This document shows positions 18,062-27,819 of a DNA stretch of 41,486 nucleotides, in pieces. The notes under the pieces are model-generated. The model worked only from the letters and a program-made list of their open reading frames with translations. It did no database searches and was not told where the DNA came from. Position 1 is the first letter of the stretch. Every line of letters starts with the position of its first letter. This DNA comes from Chloroflexota bacterium. Lineage in GTDB: Bacteria > Chloroflexota > Dehalococcoidia > GIF9 > AB-539-J10. The stretch is from positions 1 through 41,486 of the forward strand of contig JAUWQP010000003.1 in assembly GCA_030611015.1 (NCBI GenBank), given 5' to 3'. Both the position numbers and the translations under genes were made by a program.

Positions 18062-20355
18062 AAGAAATAACACGGAGATTAGAAGAAATTCACGAAAAGA
18101 TAAAAGCGGAGATTCCCTGGGAGCCAATAGGTCCCACTCCGATGCCGGAAATTCCAGACCTCAGACAGTGGGACATGAGGTTATTGAAAACGTATGCGCC
18201 TTTTTACGCGCCATTCTGTGATTTGTGTTGCTTTTGTACCTATGGTAAGTGTGACCTCACTGAGGGAAGAAGAGGCGCCTGTGGTATTGATATAGCTACC
18301 CAGCAAGCAAGGTTTGTACTTCTCGCCTGCTTGATGGGATGCTCCGCTCATGCTGCTCATGGCGGGCACATTCTGGAGTTCTTGATTGAAAGGCACGGCC
18401 CGGATAAGAAGATAGACTTGGGAACATTCATCGACGTGGAAGCACCAAATATAAGGACAGTTGTAGGCCTAAAGCCTGAGACTCTGGGAGACCTTCAAAT
18501 AGCTCTAGAGTATGTCTTCAAAGAGATTGCTCATCTTCTTGATTCTTGCCATACGGGGCAAGAGGGGAGTGCTCTGGACTATGAATCCAAGGCCTTGCAT
18601 GCCAGCATGCTGGACCACGTTGGAATGGAAATAGCTGACATCGCTCAGATTGTAGGATTTGATTTTCCCACTTCCGTTGCTGATACGCCATTGGTGGATA
18701 TGGGATGGGGTGCAATAGATAAGAGTAAGCCCGTGATCCTGCTATCGGGGCATAACCCAGCTACCGCGACGGTGGTAATTGACTACCTCAGGGAGCACAA
18801 CCTTGAAGACCAGGTGGAGGTTGGCGGCCTGTGCTGCACTGCACTGGAAACAACCCGGTATTCGAACAGAGCCAAAATACGCGGTCCTCTTTCCCGTGCG
18901 CTGTTCTTCATGAGGGCAGGCATCGCCGATGTCATAATGACTGACGAGCAGTGCATCAGAACAGATACGCCTCAGGAAGCAGCCAAGGTGGGTTCAGCAG
19001 TTATCGCCTGCCTGGACAAGGCTATGTATGGACTTGAGGATGCCACAGAAATGGATACAGACGAGATAGTAAGGCGCATGGTGGATAACAAGGAACAGTT
19101 CGCCATCCTGGACTCCCCCAAGGCGGCCGAGGTGGCGGTTAGAGTCGCCATGGCGATAGCTCCCCAGAGAAAGAAGGGATGGGTAGCGGAAGAAGAAGCC
19201 ATAGAGCTGGCTAAGAAATGCACTAACTGTGGCATATGTGAGCAGGTGTGTCCTAACCTCTTTAGTATTGGCGATGGTATAACCGAGGTCGCCAAAGGGA
19301 ATTTTGATCTGATAAGGAAACAGTTCAATCTTTGTATTGGCTGCGGCAAATGTGAGCAAGAGTGCCCTAACAAGGTTCCTATCTTTAAGATAATGCAGAT
19401 AGCAGCGAGCATGGAGACCTGGAAATGCAGGGCTGGACGCGGTCCGGTCATGGATACCGAGATAAGGAAGGTTGGTGCACCTATAACTTTAGGCACAATC
19501 CCGGGAATTATCGCCTTAGTAGGCTGTTCTAATTACCCCGATATAGATGATATTGCCGACATGGTGGATGAGTTCGCCAGGAGAAAGTATATCGTGGTTC
19601 TCACAGGTTGTGCTGCTATGGTTGCCGGAATGAAAAAGGATAAGGATGGCTTGACAGTTTATGAAAAATACCCTCCCGACTTTGACGGCGGCGGCGTAGT
19701 AAACATTGGCTCCTGTGTTTCCAATGCTCACATCTCTGGAGCAGCAATAAAAATAGCCAATATCTTTGCTGCTCTTCCCTTGAGAGGCAACTACGAGGTC
19801 ATGGCCGATTATGTCCTTAACCGGGTGGGCGCCTGCGGTGTAGCCTGGGGGGCAATGTCCCAGAAGGCGGCTTCCATTGGCACAGGGTTTAACAGGCTGG
19901 GTATTCCTGTTGTTTTGGGACCTCACTCCTCCAAGTATAGAAGACTATTCCTCTCCAGGAAGGAAGAGGACGACTGGAAGGTTATGGATGCCAGGAAAAG
20001 GGAGATTGTGGATACGGTGGAGCCAGCACCTGAGCACCTGGCCTATGTATGTGAGACTAAAGAGAAAGCCATGCCCATGATTGCCAAGCTTTGCATAAGA
20101 AGAAACGATACCCCTCAGGGAAGAGCGATAAAACTGAACCACTACATTTCCCTGTCTAAGAAATATATTGGAGGCGGTCTCCCCGAGGACCTTCACCTCT
20201 TTGTCCGCAGGGATGCCGATATTCCTCTAGTATATAAAAAGGAGGTGCGGGCGTATCTACAGGAAATTGGCTGGCAGCCCAGGGAGCCCATTGGATTGCC
20301 TACCCTCATTGGCACCTATCCCACTAAGGTTCCTGTGGATGCGGTGATACATTAA
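18049..20355 (+). CDS. cdhA: Archaeal-type CO dehydrogenase catalytic (alpha) subunit
   Basis: GPTPMP, CDLCCFCTYGKCDL, C-cluster ligands (GHN, LCCT, DEQC, GCSN, TGC, GSCVSNAH), inserted 2x[4Fe-4S] CTNCGICEQVCP / CIGCGKCEQECP. Confidence 0.96.
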   Translation: MAEVKEITRRLEEIHEKIKAEIPWEPIGPTPMPEIPDLRQWDMRLLKTYAPFYAPFCDLCCFCTYGKCDLTEGRRGACGIDIATQQARFVLLACLMGCSAHAAHGGHILEFLIERHGPDKKIDLGTFIDVEAPNIRTVVGLKPETLGDLQIALEYVFKEIAHLLDSCHTGQEGSALDYESKALHASMLDHVGMEIADIAQIVGFDFPTSVADTPLVDMGWGAIDKSKPVILLSGHNPATATVVIDYLREHNLEDQVEVGGLCCTALETTRYSNRAKIRGPLSRALFFMRAGIADVIMTDEQCIRTDTPQEAAKVGSAVIACLDKAMYGLEDATEMDTDEIVRRMVDNKEQFAILDSPKAAEVAVRVAMAIAPQRKKGWVAEEEAIELAKKCTNCGICEQVCPNLFSIGDGITEVAKGNFDLIRKQFNLCIGCGKCEQECPNKVPIFKIMQIAASMETWKCRAGRGPVMDTEIRKVGAPITLGTIPGIIALVGCSNYPDIDDIADMVDEFARRKYIVVLTGCAAMVAGMKKDKDGLTVYEKYPPDFDGGGVVNIGSCVSNAHISGAAIKIANIFAALPLRGNYEVMADYVLNRVGACGVAWGAMSQKAASIGTGFNRLGIPVVLGPHSSKYRRLFLSRKEEDDWKVMDARKREIVDTVEPAPEHLAYVCETKEKAMPMIAKLCIRRNDTPQGRAIKLNHYISLSKKYIGGGLPEDLHLFVRRDADIPLVYKKEVRAYLQEIGWQPREPIGLPTLIGTYPTKVPVDAVIH

Positions 20356-20367
20356 AAGGAGGAGAAA

Positions 20368-20919
20368 ATGAGTGCAGTAATACCACGCCACAGAGTAAAT
20401 GTTTTAGCGGGAATCAAATCGGCCAGGCTAATCGAAGACCCCGTGGAGTATGCCAATTTAATTAAGAAGGCCAAAAGGCCACTTCTTGTAGTTGGCCCTC
20501 TTTTGCTAGCATCTACGGCTGATGGCAAAATTCTTATGGACTATGCCTTGGACATCGCTAAGAGCTGCAATATTCCAATATGCGCGACAGCACAGACTAA
20601 AGGGAAGATCGTGGAGTTGGGAGTACAACCAGATTCCGTTTACGATACCGTCGAGATAGTAAATGCTCTTAAAGACCCTGACTGGCAGGGAGTTAAGAAG
20701 GAAGGAAACCATGACCTGGTGATTTTATTTGGCATAAGGTCTGATCTTGGTAACCAGGGCCTTTCTACGCTCAAACACTTCGCACCTCATTTAAAGACTA
20801 TGACGCTGTGTAAGCATTACTTCCCTCATGCCAATTACTCACTTCCTAATTTCAAGAAGGATGCGAAGTGGCAGGAGTTCTTAGAAGGATTGATAGCCAA
20901 TTTAAAGAAAGGAAATTAG
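20368..20919 (+). CDS. cdhB: CODH/ACS epsilon subunit
   Basis: IKKAKRPLLVVG, LKDPDWQG..G.HDLVILFG, LSTLKHFAP.LKTMTL; immediately after cdhA. Confidence 0.92.
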   Translation: MSAVIPRHRVNVLAGIKSARLIEDPVEYANLIKKAKRPLLVVGPLLLASTADGKILMDYALDIAKSCNIPICATAQTKGKIVELGVQPDSVYDTVEIVNALKDPDWQGVKKEGNHDLVILFGIRSDLGNQGLSTLKHFAPHLKTMTLCKHYFPHANYSLPNFKKDAKWQEFLEGLIANLKKGN

Positions 20920-20924
20920 GGAAA

Positions 20925-22172
20925 ATGGAAGGCGAATTTCATGTAGATATAGGACCTCAGTATGAAGGCGAGGTGATAAGACAGGAAAACCTGTACATCG
21001 AGTTCGGTGGGCCAAAAGTAGCACATAAATTTGAATTAGCAACAGTTAAAAGTCCTGATGAAATAGAGAATGAGAAAGTAGAGATTATCGGCCCGGACAT
21101 AGGTGATTTGAAACCTTACGATGAAGAGAAAGGCGGTGGTAGCTATCCTATTGCCGTTCTGGTAGATGTTGCCGGAGGGGAATTGGACAAGGATGCCGAA
21201 GCAATCATCGAGAGAAGGATTCATATGTTCACTAACATGATTGAGGGTTGGTATCACATGAATCAGAGGCAGGATGTATGGATGAGGATAAATAAAGACT
21301 GCTATAAAAAGGGCTTTAATTCCCTGCGGGAATTGGGAGAAATTTATATCTTGCTTTATACATCAGAGATGTCAATCATTGAAAAAATCCAAGTCACTAT
21401 TATCACCGATGAAAAGAAGATAAAGGAGCTTCTTCCCCACGCTTTGGAAGTTTATGCCGCCAGGGATGAACGGGCAAGAACCTTGAATGATGAGGATGTG
21501 GATACTTTCTACGGCTGTGTTCTATGCCAGAGCTTCGCCCCAACCCATATCTCCATCATAACTCCAAATAGAATTGCCAACTGCGGAGCGATAAACTGGT
21601 TTGACGGCAGAGCTGCCGCCAAGATTGACCCTGATGGGCCCATATTTGCTATACCAAAGGGGGAGCTTATAGATGCTATAAAAGGTGAATATTCAGGAGC
21701 GAATGCAATTGAAGCTGAAAAGTCTCTGGGAACTTACGATAGAGTTTATCTCTACAGTGCATTTGAGCACCCCCATACATCTTGTGGCTGTTTCGAAGCA
21801 AATGTATATTACATTCCTGAAGCGCATGCCTTTGGGGTAGTGCACCGAGACTTCCAGGGCGAAACTGTAATTGGAGAAACATTTTCCCACATGGCTGGTG
21901 AAACTTCTGGAGGAAAACAAATAGAAGGAAGATTAGGAACCGGACTGGAGCAACTAAGGTCGCCCAAATTCATCCAGGCGGATGGTGGTCTGGCCAGGGT
22001 AGTGTGGATACCCAAGGATATAAAGGAAAGGTTTAAAGATGTCTTGGAAGCAAAAGGACTCTACGATAAAATAGCCACAGAGGAAGATGTTAAAAACGTG
22101 GATGAGCTTCTAGCATTCCTGGACAAGGTAGGACATCCTTGGCTAAAAGGGGAGGTAGAACTTCCGACATAA
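20925..22172 (+). CDS. cdhC: Archaeal-type acetyl-CoA synthase (beta subunit; lacks the bacterial N-terminal domain)
   Basis: VDIGPQYEGEVIR, FYGCVLCQSFAP, CGAINW, HTSCGCFE, SPKFIQADGG; start set at ATG 20925; 415 aa. Confidence 0.94.
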   Translation: MEGEFHVDIGPQYEGEVIRQENLYIEFGGPKVAHKFELATVKSPDEIENEKVEIIGPDIGDLKPYDEEKGGGSYPIAVLVDVAGGELDKDAEAIIERRIHMFTNMIEGWYHMNQRQDVWMRINKDCYKKGFNSLRELGEIYILLYTSEMSIIEKIQVTIITDEKKIKELLPHALEVYAARDERARTLNDEDVDTFYGCVLCQSFAPTHISIITPNRIANCGAINWFDGRAAAKIDPDGPIFAIPKGELIDAIKGEYSGANAIEAEKSLGTYDRVYLYSAFEHPHTSCGCFEANVYYIPEAHAFGVVHRDFQGETVIGETFSHMAGETSGGKQIEGRLGTGLEQLRSPKFIQADGGLARVVWIPKDIKERFKDVLEAKGLYDKIATEEDVKNVDELLAFLDKVGHPWLKGEVELPT

Positions 22173-22237
22173 ATACAAGATAGAATTAAAAGATGAAATT
22201 CATAATCCTATCTCAGTTTTAAGAGAGGAGATTTGTT

Positions 22238-23602
22238 ATGCCAATTGCAGGTTCTCAGATTGTAAAGATGCTTCCCGGAAGGAAACCATGTAGGGACTGT
22301 GGCTTTCCTACTTGTTTTGCTTTTGCCATGAAGCTGGCGTCAGGTGGAACCACTGTGGACAAATGCCCTTACCTTTCCGAGGAGACGAAAGCCAAGCTGC
22401 TGGATATTCTGGCACCGCCCATAAAGCTTGTTACCATAGGTTCTGAGGAGAACGCTGTTAAAATCGGGAATGAAGAAGTGATATACCGGCACGAGAAGAC
22501 ATTTGTCCATTCACCAGGCATTGCCCTCCTTATCTCAGATAAGGAAGACAAAGCTAAAACCGAGGAGAAAATAAAGAAGATAAAGGAATTGCAATTTCCC
22601 TGGGTTGGCGTAAATCTAAAGGCAGACCTCCTGGCACCTTATTGTGAATCGGGGGACAAGGCTAAATTTTTGGCTTTGGTGAAGAAAGTTTATGATTCAA
22701 CAGACCTAGGTATGGTCTTAATCTCAGAAGACATGGACGCCTTATTTGCGGCACGGGATATATGCGTGGATAGGCATCCACTTATTTACCCTATAACGAA
22801 GGAAAACATTGATGAGGCTATTCCAAAGATGAAAGCGAATCTTACTCCTGTTGGCCTTCGTGGGGAGAGTATTGAAGAACTTGTCCCCCTAACTACCAAG
22901 TTAAAGGATGCTGGGATTGAGGAATTGGTGTTAGACCCGGGTTCTAAAAATTTGCTGGAGGCAATAAGAGACCAGACTTTCATCAGGAAGGCAGCGCTAA
23001 AGCAAGGTTTCAGGCCTCTTGGCTATCCCACTATTGCCTTTCCTTGCTTCATGGCCAAAGATGGGCTGAAGGAAATGCTAGTTGGCTCGACATTTATAAA
23101 TAAATGGGCCGCTATTATTGTCTTTTCTGATTTCGACCAATATTCCCTGCTTCCTCTTCTAGTGCAACGGCTTAACATCTATACCGATCCTCGCTTTCCT
23201 ATGGCGGTAGAGGAGAAGTATTATGAAGTGGGAGAACCTGATGAATCCTCCCCGGTCCTTGTCACTTCAAACTGGGCTTTGACCTACTTCCTTGTCTCAT
23301 CGGCTGTTGAGGCTACCAAGGTTCCCGCCTATGTTTGTGTTAAGGATGCGGAGGGACTTGGTGTTCTTACTGCTTGGGCAGCAGGTAAGTTTAGCGGCGA
23401 TTCTGTAGGAACATTTATTAAGAAATGTGGCGTTGCGGATAAGGTGAAACATAGGAAGCTAGTTATCCCGGGGAAAGTGGCCAGAATCAAAGGTGAGCTT
23501 GAAGATGCTTTGAACCTTGAATGGGAAATAATAGTTGGACCCAAGGAAACGACTGGAATAGGGGCCTTTTTGCCTGGATTTGCTAAGCAACTTAAAGGAT
23601 GA
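22238..23602 (+). CDS. acsC: Corrinoid Fe-S protein large subunit (CODH/ACS gamma)
   Basis: CRDCGFPTCFAFA...CPY, YRHEKTF, NIYTDP, VTSNWALTYF, VLTAWAAGKF. Confidence 0.95.
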   Translation: MPIAGSQIVKMLPGRKPCRDCGFPTCFAFAMKLASGGTTVDKCPYLSEETKAKLLDILAPPIKLVTIGSEENAVKIGNEEVIYRHEKTFVHSPGIALLISDKEDKAKTEEKIKKIKELQFPWVGVNLKADLLAPYCESGDKAKFLALVKKVYDSTDLGMVLISEDMDALFAARDICVDRHPLIYPITKENIDEAIPKMKANLTPVGLRGESIEELVPLTTKLKDAGIEELVLDPGSKNLLEAIRDQTFIRKAALKQGFRPLGYPTIAFPCFMAKDGLKEMLVGSTFINKWAAIIVFSDFDQYSLLPLLVQRLNIYTDPRFPMAVEEKYYEVGEPDESSPVLVTSNWALTYFLVSSAVEATKVPAYVCVKDAEGLGVLTAWAAGKFSGDSVGTFIKKCGVADKVKHRKLVIPGKVARIKGELEDALNLEWEIIVGPKETTGIGAFLPGFAKQLKG

Positions 23603-24114
23603 TTACAGAGAAACAAGCTAGCCAAGCAATAGCTGCGATTTTAAGCTCGCATAAAAAAGAAGAGAGAAATTTAATTCCACTATTGCAAGAAGTCCAGACA
23701 AGCCTGGGGTATCTCCCCAGGAAAGCGCTGCAAGAAATTGCTGGCTTCTTGGGGATGCCAGCGGTTGAGGTTTGGGGAGTTGCCACCTTTTATAATCAGT
23801 TTCGTTTTGTTCCGTTAGGAAAATACCATACCATGGTTTGTATGGGAACTGCCTGTCACTTAGCGGGGGGTAAACTTATTTTAGAAGCCCTGGAGCGTGA
23901 GTTAGATATCAAAGTAGGCGAGACTAGCGAGGATGGTAACTTCAGCCTGGAAAGGGTGGCTTGTATCGGGTGCTGCATGCTGGCCCCTGTCGTAGTAATA
24001 AAGGATAAAATTCACCCTAGGATGACACCCTTTAAGATGGAGGAGGCTTTAATACCGTATAAGCAAGAAGCTCAAGGCGAGCCTAAAGAAGGGAAACCAA
24101 AGAGCAAAAGTTAA
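23599..24114 (+). CDS. NuoE/HydC-family [2Fe-2S] thioredoxin-like subunit
   Basis: LIPLLQEVQ...GYLP, VATFY, CMGTAC...ACIGCC; ATGA overlap with acsC. Confidence 0.92.
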   Translation: MITEKQASQAIAAILSSHKKEERNLIPLLQEVQTSLGYLPRKALQEIAGFLGMPAVEVWGVATFYNQFRFVPLGKYHTMVCMGTACHLAGGKLILEALERELDIKVGETSEDGNFSLERVACIGCCMLAPVVVIKDKIHPRMTPFKMEEALIPYKQEAQGEPKEGKPKSKS

Positions 24115-24203
24115 AAATCAAAATTACAATTCAAAATGCAGAAATGTCTTATTTTCAATGCTTGCCCTATCACTTTGCATTTTTACCTTTGAATCTTGAT
24201 ATT
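24098..24203. repeat. Imperfect inverted repeat built of A-rich/T-rich ~7-nt units
   Basis: caaaagt-taaaaat-caaaatt-acaatt-caaaatg-cagaaat ... ctttgca-tttttac-ctttgaa-tcttgat. Confidence 0.6.
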
Positions 24204-24210
24204 GTTTAAG

Positions 24211-26115
24211 ATGACTTTCGAGGAAATTACTAATAAAGCGAAGTCGGAATGGGAAGCTCTGCAGAGGGGTAGCTGCATTCTTATCGGCACAGCTACTTGT
24301 GGGCGGGCAGCCGGCGCCCTGGATGTGGTTGACGCCTTTAAAAAAGAGCTAACGCGGCAAGGGCTGGAAGTCCCGACTATCCAGGTTGGCTGCACGGGTC
24401 TCTGCTACGCTGATCCTTTGGTCGTTATATCCAAGGCTGGCTCTCTTCGTGTCGTGTATGCCAATGTGACTCCGGAGATTGTACCCCGCCTCGTGGAAGG
24501 TTATGTTGCCGGCGATGACCCGTGCCTTGAGCTTGCCTTAGGCACTCTTGAAGGAGGTGGTGGGGAAGCAATCTACATTCCCGAGCTTCCCAGATTTGAG
24601 CGTGAGCTTCGTCTTATACTATCCCACTGTGGCTACATCGACCCTGAAAATATAAATCACTACATTGCCAATGGTGGATATAGCGGTTTGGAGGGAACGT
24701 TAAAGATATCGCCTGATGAGATAATTGAGGAGCTGAAGAAATCTGGGCTGCGAGGACGAGGAGGGGCTGGATTTCCTACCCATCGGAAGTGGGAGCTATG
24801 CCGTAAGGCTGGAAGCACACCAAAATATGTCATATGTAATGCTGATGAAGGAGACCCAGGTGCTTTTATGGACCGGGTCGTTTTGGAAAGCGATCCGCAT
24901 CAAGTTATTGAGGGTATGATTATTGCCGGCTACGCCGTAGGTGCCGAACAGGGCTATATCTACGTCCGTGCTGAATATCCTTTGGCTATTGAGCGTATCC
25001 AGATTGCTTTAAAGCAAGCCGGGGAACTAGGTTTCCTGGGGGATAATATCTTAGGGAGTGGTTTTGGTTTCCATATCGAGATAGCAGCCGGGGCTGGTGC
25101 TTTTGTCTCTGGTGAAGAAACAGCACTGATAGCGGCCGTTGAAGGGAGGATGAGCACACCTAGACCCAGGCCACCTTATCCTGCCGAGCTTGGATTATGG
25201 GATAAACCTACTCTATTAAACAATGTGAAGACCTTTGCTTATGTTCCTTTGATAATTGAGCGAGGGGGGGATTGGTTTGCCTCTATCGGCACTGAGGGAA
25301 GCAAGGGCACAGCAGTGTTTACCCTGGCAGGCAAAGTGGTTAATTCGGGATTGGCTGAAGTGCCTATGGGAACAACACTTCGTGAGCTTATTTATGACAT
25401 CGGTGGTGGCATTGCTAAGGACAAGCAGTTTAAAGCAATACAGATAGGAGGGCCTTCGGGGGGTTGTCTCCCCAAGACTTTGCTTGACATCCCCATTGAT
25501 TATGATTCCCTTCGAGAGGCTGGCTCGATGATGGGTTCGGGTGGTATGATTGTCATGGATGAAGATAATTGCATGGTCGATGCTGCGAGGTTCTTTCTTG
25601 ATTTCTCAACCAAGGAGTCTTGCGGCAAGTGCACCATGTGTCGCTTAGGGACTTTGCAAATGCTACACATTTTGGAGGACATCACAGCTGGCCGAGGCAA
25701 AATAGAGGATATCGACCTGCTCCTTGCATTAGCTGAGGATGTTAAGATGGGGTCACTTTGTGGCTTAGGAAAAACAGCTCCTAATCCTGTCCTCACAACT
25801 TTGCGCTATTTCCGAGACGAATACGAAGCTCATATTCTGGAGAAGCGCTGCCCCGCCAGAGTATGCCCCGAACTCACTGCTTACTATATCTTGCCAGATA
25901 AGTGCGAAAGAAGCTGTGAGCATTGCGTCCTTACCTGCCCCACTGAGGCAATTAAAGGTGAGAAAGGGGAGATAAAGGTTATTGATCAAGAAAAGTGCGT
26001 TAATTGCGGCACTTGTATGGATGTTTGCCCTCCCGAGTATGATGCAGTGGTGAAGCTATCACCTGTTAGCTTGCTGCCTTCCTCGAATTTATCTGAAGAG
26101 AGCGCAAGAAAATGA
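24211..26115 (+). CDS. NuoF/HydB-family FMN/NADH-binding subunit with C-terminal 2x[4Fe-4S]
   Basis: GLRGRGGAGFP, CNADEGDPGAFMDR, GEETAL, GGPSGG, SCGKCTMCR...LCGLG, terminal ferredoxin motifs; start probably ATG 24211 (TTG 24196 possible). Confidence 0.93.
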   Translation: MTFEEITNKAKSEWEALQRGSCILIGTATCGRAAGALDVVDAFKKELTRQGLEVPTIQVGCTGLCYADPLVVISKAGSLRVVYANVTPEIVPRLVEGYVAGDDPCLELALGTLEGGGGEAIYIPELPRFERELRLILSHCGYIDPENINHYIANGGYSGLEGTLKISPDEIIEELKKSGLRGRGGAGFPTHRKWELCRKAGSTPKYVICNADEGDPGAFMDRVVLESDPHQVIEGMIIAGYAVGAEQGYIYVRAEYPLAIERIQIALKQAGELGFLGDNILGSGFGFHIEIAAGAGAFVSGEETALIAAVEGRMSTPRPRPPYPAELGLWDKPTLLNNVKTFAYVPLIIERGGDWFASIGTEGSKGTAVFTLAGKVVNSGLAEVPMGTTLRELIYDIGGGIAKDKQFKAIQIGGPSGGCLPKTLLDIPIDYDSLREAGSMMGSGGMIVMDEDNCMVDAARFFLDFSTKESCGKCTMCRLGTLQMLHILEDITAGRGKIEDIDLLLALAEDVKMGSLCGLGKTAPNPVLTTLRYFRDEYEAHILEKRCPARVCPELTAYYILPDKCERSCEHCVLTCPTEAIKGEKGEIKVIDQEKCVNCGTCMDVCPPEYDAVVKLSPVSLLPSSNLSEESARK

Positions 26116-26879
26116 CTAAAACAATTGCTATCGCGGGGAAAGGGGGTACGGGCAAGACCACTGTTGCCGCCCTGCTCGTCAAGTTCCTTTTTCAAAAGGG
26201 GTTGGTCCTGGCTGTGGATGCTGACCCCAGCACTAATCTTAACCAGGCACTGGGGCTGCCTCTGGATGATCGTAGAACTGTGGGCAAAATACGGGAAAAC
26301 ATGTCTGAAGACGTCTCGAAGGGTCGTTTAAGCTCCACTATTCCCAAGCAGGAATATCTGTTTGGCAAGATAGTGGAATCCCTGGTAGAGTCCAAGGGCT
26401 TTGACCTTTTAGCCATGGGACGTCCTGAGGGGCCTGGATGCTATTGTGCGCCCAATGAGTTTCTGCGTGCATCCCTCGATAAGCTGGTGAAGGATTATAA
26501 GTATAATTATATTGTCATGGACTGTGAGGCAGGCATGGAGCATATCAGTCGACAAACAACCAGAGACGTGGATGTCTTGCTCATTATGTCTGACCCCACA
26601 ATAAGAGGCATCACCACGGCGGCTCGAATGAAGGAACTCATTGAGGAATTGAGAACAAAAGTGGGCAAAGTTGGGCTTATAGTTAATCGTGTCCGAGGAG
26701 AATTATCTCCAGAGATAAAAAAGGCAATTGGCGAGTCTGGCCTTCAGATTATTGCTCTGATTCCAGAAGACCCCGATATGGCGAGGTTGGAAATGAAGGG
26801 AAGGCCTGTAACTGAGCTCCCCCAGGAATCCCCCATCCAATTAAAGGTCAAGGAGATAGCTGAAGGCTTACATTTATGA
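26112..26879 (+). CDS. cooC: CODH/ACS nickel-insertion ATPase (CooC/AcsF)
   Basis: GKGGTGKTT, VDADP, MGRPEGPGCYC, DCEAGMEHISR; ATGA overlap with the upstream gene. Confidence 0.93.
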   Translation: MTKTIAIAGKGGTGKTTVAALLVKFLFQKGLVLAVDADPSTNLNQALGLPLDDRRTVGKIRENMSEDVSKGRLSSTIPKQEYLFGKIVESLVESKGFDLLAMGRPEGPGCYCAPNEFLRASLDKLVKDYKYNYIVMDCEAGMEHISRQTTRDVDVLLIMSDPTIRGITTAARMKELIEELRTKVGKVGLIVNRVRGELSPEIKKAIGESGLQIIALIPEDPDMARLEMKGRPVTELPQESPIQLKVKEIAEGLHL

Positions 26880-26951
26880 TTGAGGAAATATCCTCCCTGA
26901 TGGATGTTTTGCCCGGATATGTTGAATTTTATAGAAAGGCGGTGAGGGCTT

Positions 26952-27815
26952 ATGGATACAAAAGAATACCCGGCGATATGGTTACAAGCCGCTGGATGTA
27001 CCGGCTGCTCAGTCTCTGTTCTCAACGTTATAAATCCCTCTATCAAAAACCTTTTAGTTGACGAAGTACTCCCGGGCAGTCATATAAATCTGAGGTTCCA
27101 TCCTACTGTTATGGCAGGGGCGGGAGCGACTGCCATCGAAGTTATGGTGGATACATCACGGAAGAAAAAGGGAGGTTACATCCTGATTGTGGAGGGGGCT
27201 ATACCCACCGCTAAAGGTGGCATTCATGGGGTGGTTGGGGAAAAGGATGGTAAGCTAATGACTATGAAATCGTGGGTTGAAACATTGGCCGCGGATGCGA
27301 TGGCGGTTATTGCTTTGGGTAGCTGTGCTGCTTTTGGGGGCATTCCCGCTGCCTACCCCAACCCTACTCAGTGTCGCAGCATCAGTGAGGTTCTTCAAGC
27401 CAAAGGCATCAATACTCCATTGGTGAACATCCCTGGTTGTCCACCACACCCTGACTGGTTTGTAGGCACAGTGGCAACCATCCTGCTTTCCGGTCTACCG
27501 AAGCCGGAGGATTTGGACGAACACAGACGCCCCAGGGCTTTCTATGGGCAAACAATCCACGAGAACTGTCCACGGCGAGCCTACTATGATGAGAATAAGT
27601 TTGCCAAAAAGTTCGGCGACCTTGGGTGCAACTATGAATTAGGATGTCGGGGACCTATAACCCATGCCGATTGTTCTCTAAGGTTGTGGAACAATAAAGT
27701 TAATTGGTGTGTCGGTGGTGGTGCCACTTGTATTGGGTGCACCGAGCCAGGGTTCTTTGACATATCCCCGCTTTATGAAAAAATTAGCGAAGCTGCTCTA
27801 CCAGAGGAGGTTTGA
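26952..27815 (+). CDS. [NiFe] hydrogenase small subunit, group-1 type, no Tat signal
   Basis: IWLQAAGCTGCS, VEGAIP, GSCAAFGGIP, PGCPPHP, HENCPRR, LGCRGP, WC...CIGC. Confidence 0.93.
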   Translation: MDTKEYPAIWLQAAGCTGCSVSVLNVINPSIKNLLVDEVLPGSHINLRFHPTVMAGAGATAIEVMVDTSRKKKGGYILIVEGAIPTAKGGIHGVVGEKDGKLMTMKSWVETLAADAMAVIALGSCAAFGGIPAAYPNPTQCRSISEVLQAKGINTPLVNIPGCPPHPDWFVGTVATILLSGLPKPEDLDEHRRPRAFYGQTIHENCPRRAYYDENKFAKKFGDLGCNYELGCRGPITHADCSLRLWNNKVNWCVGGGATCIGCTEPGFFDISPLYEKISEAALPEEV

Positions 27816-27819
27816 ATTA

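Noticed and set aside
23599-26115. Respiratory complex I (nuo) operon
   Set aside because: No membrane or quinone-module subunits nearby; motifs and extra Fe-S domains match soluble HydB/HydC-type proteins
26876-27061. 61-aa ORF between cooC and the hydrogenase small subunit
   Set aside because: Overlaps the small subunit out of frame, has no motif and does not supply a Tat leader
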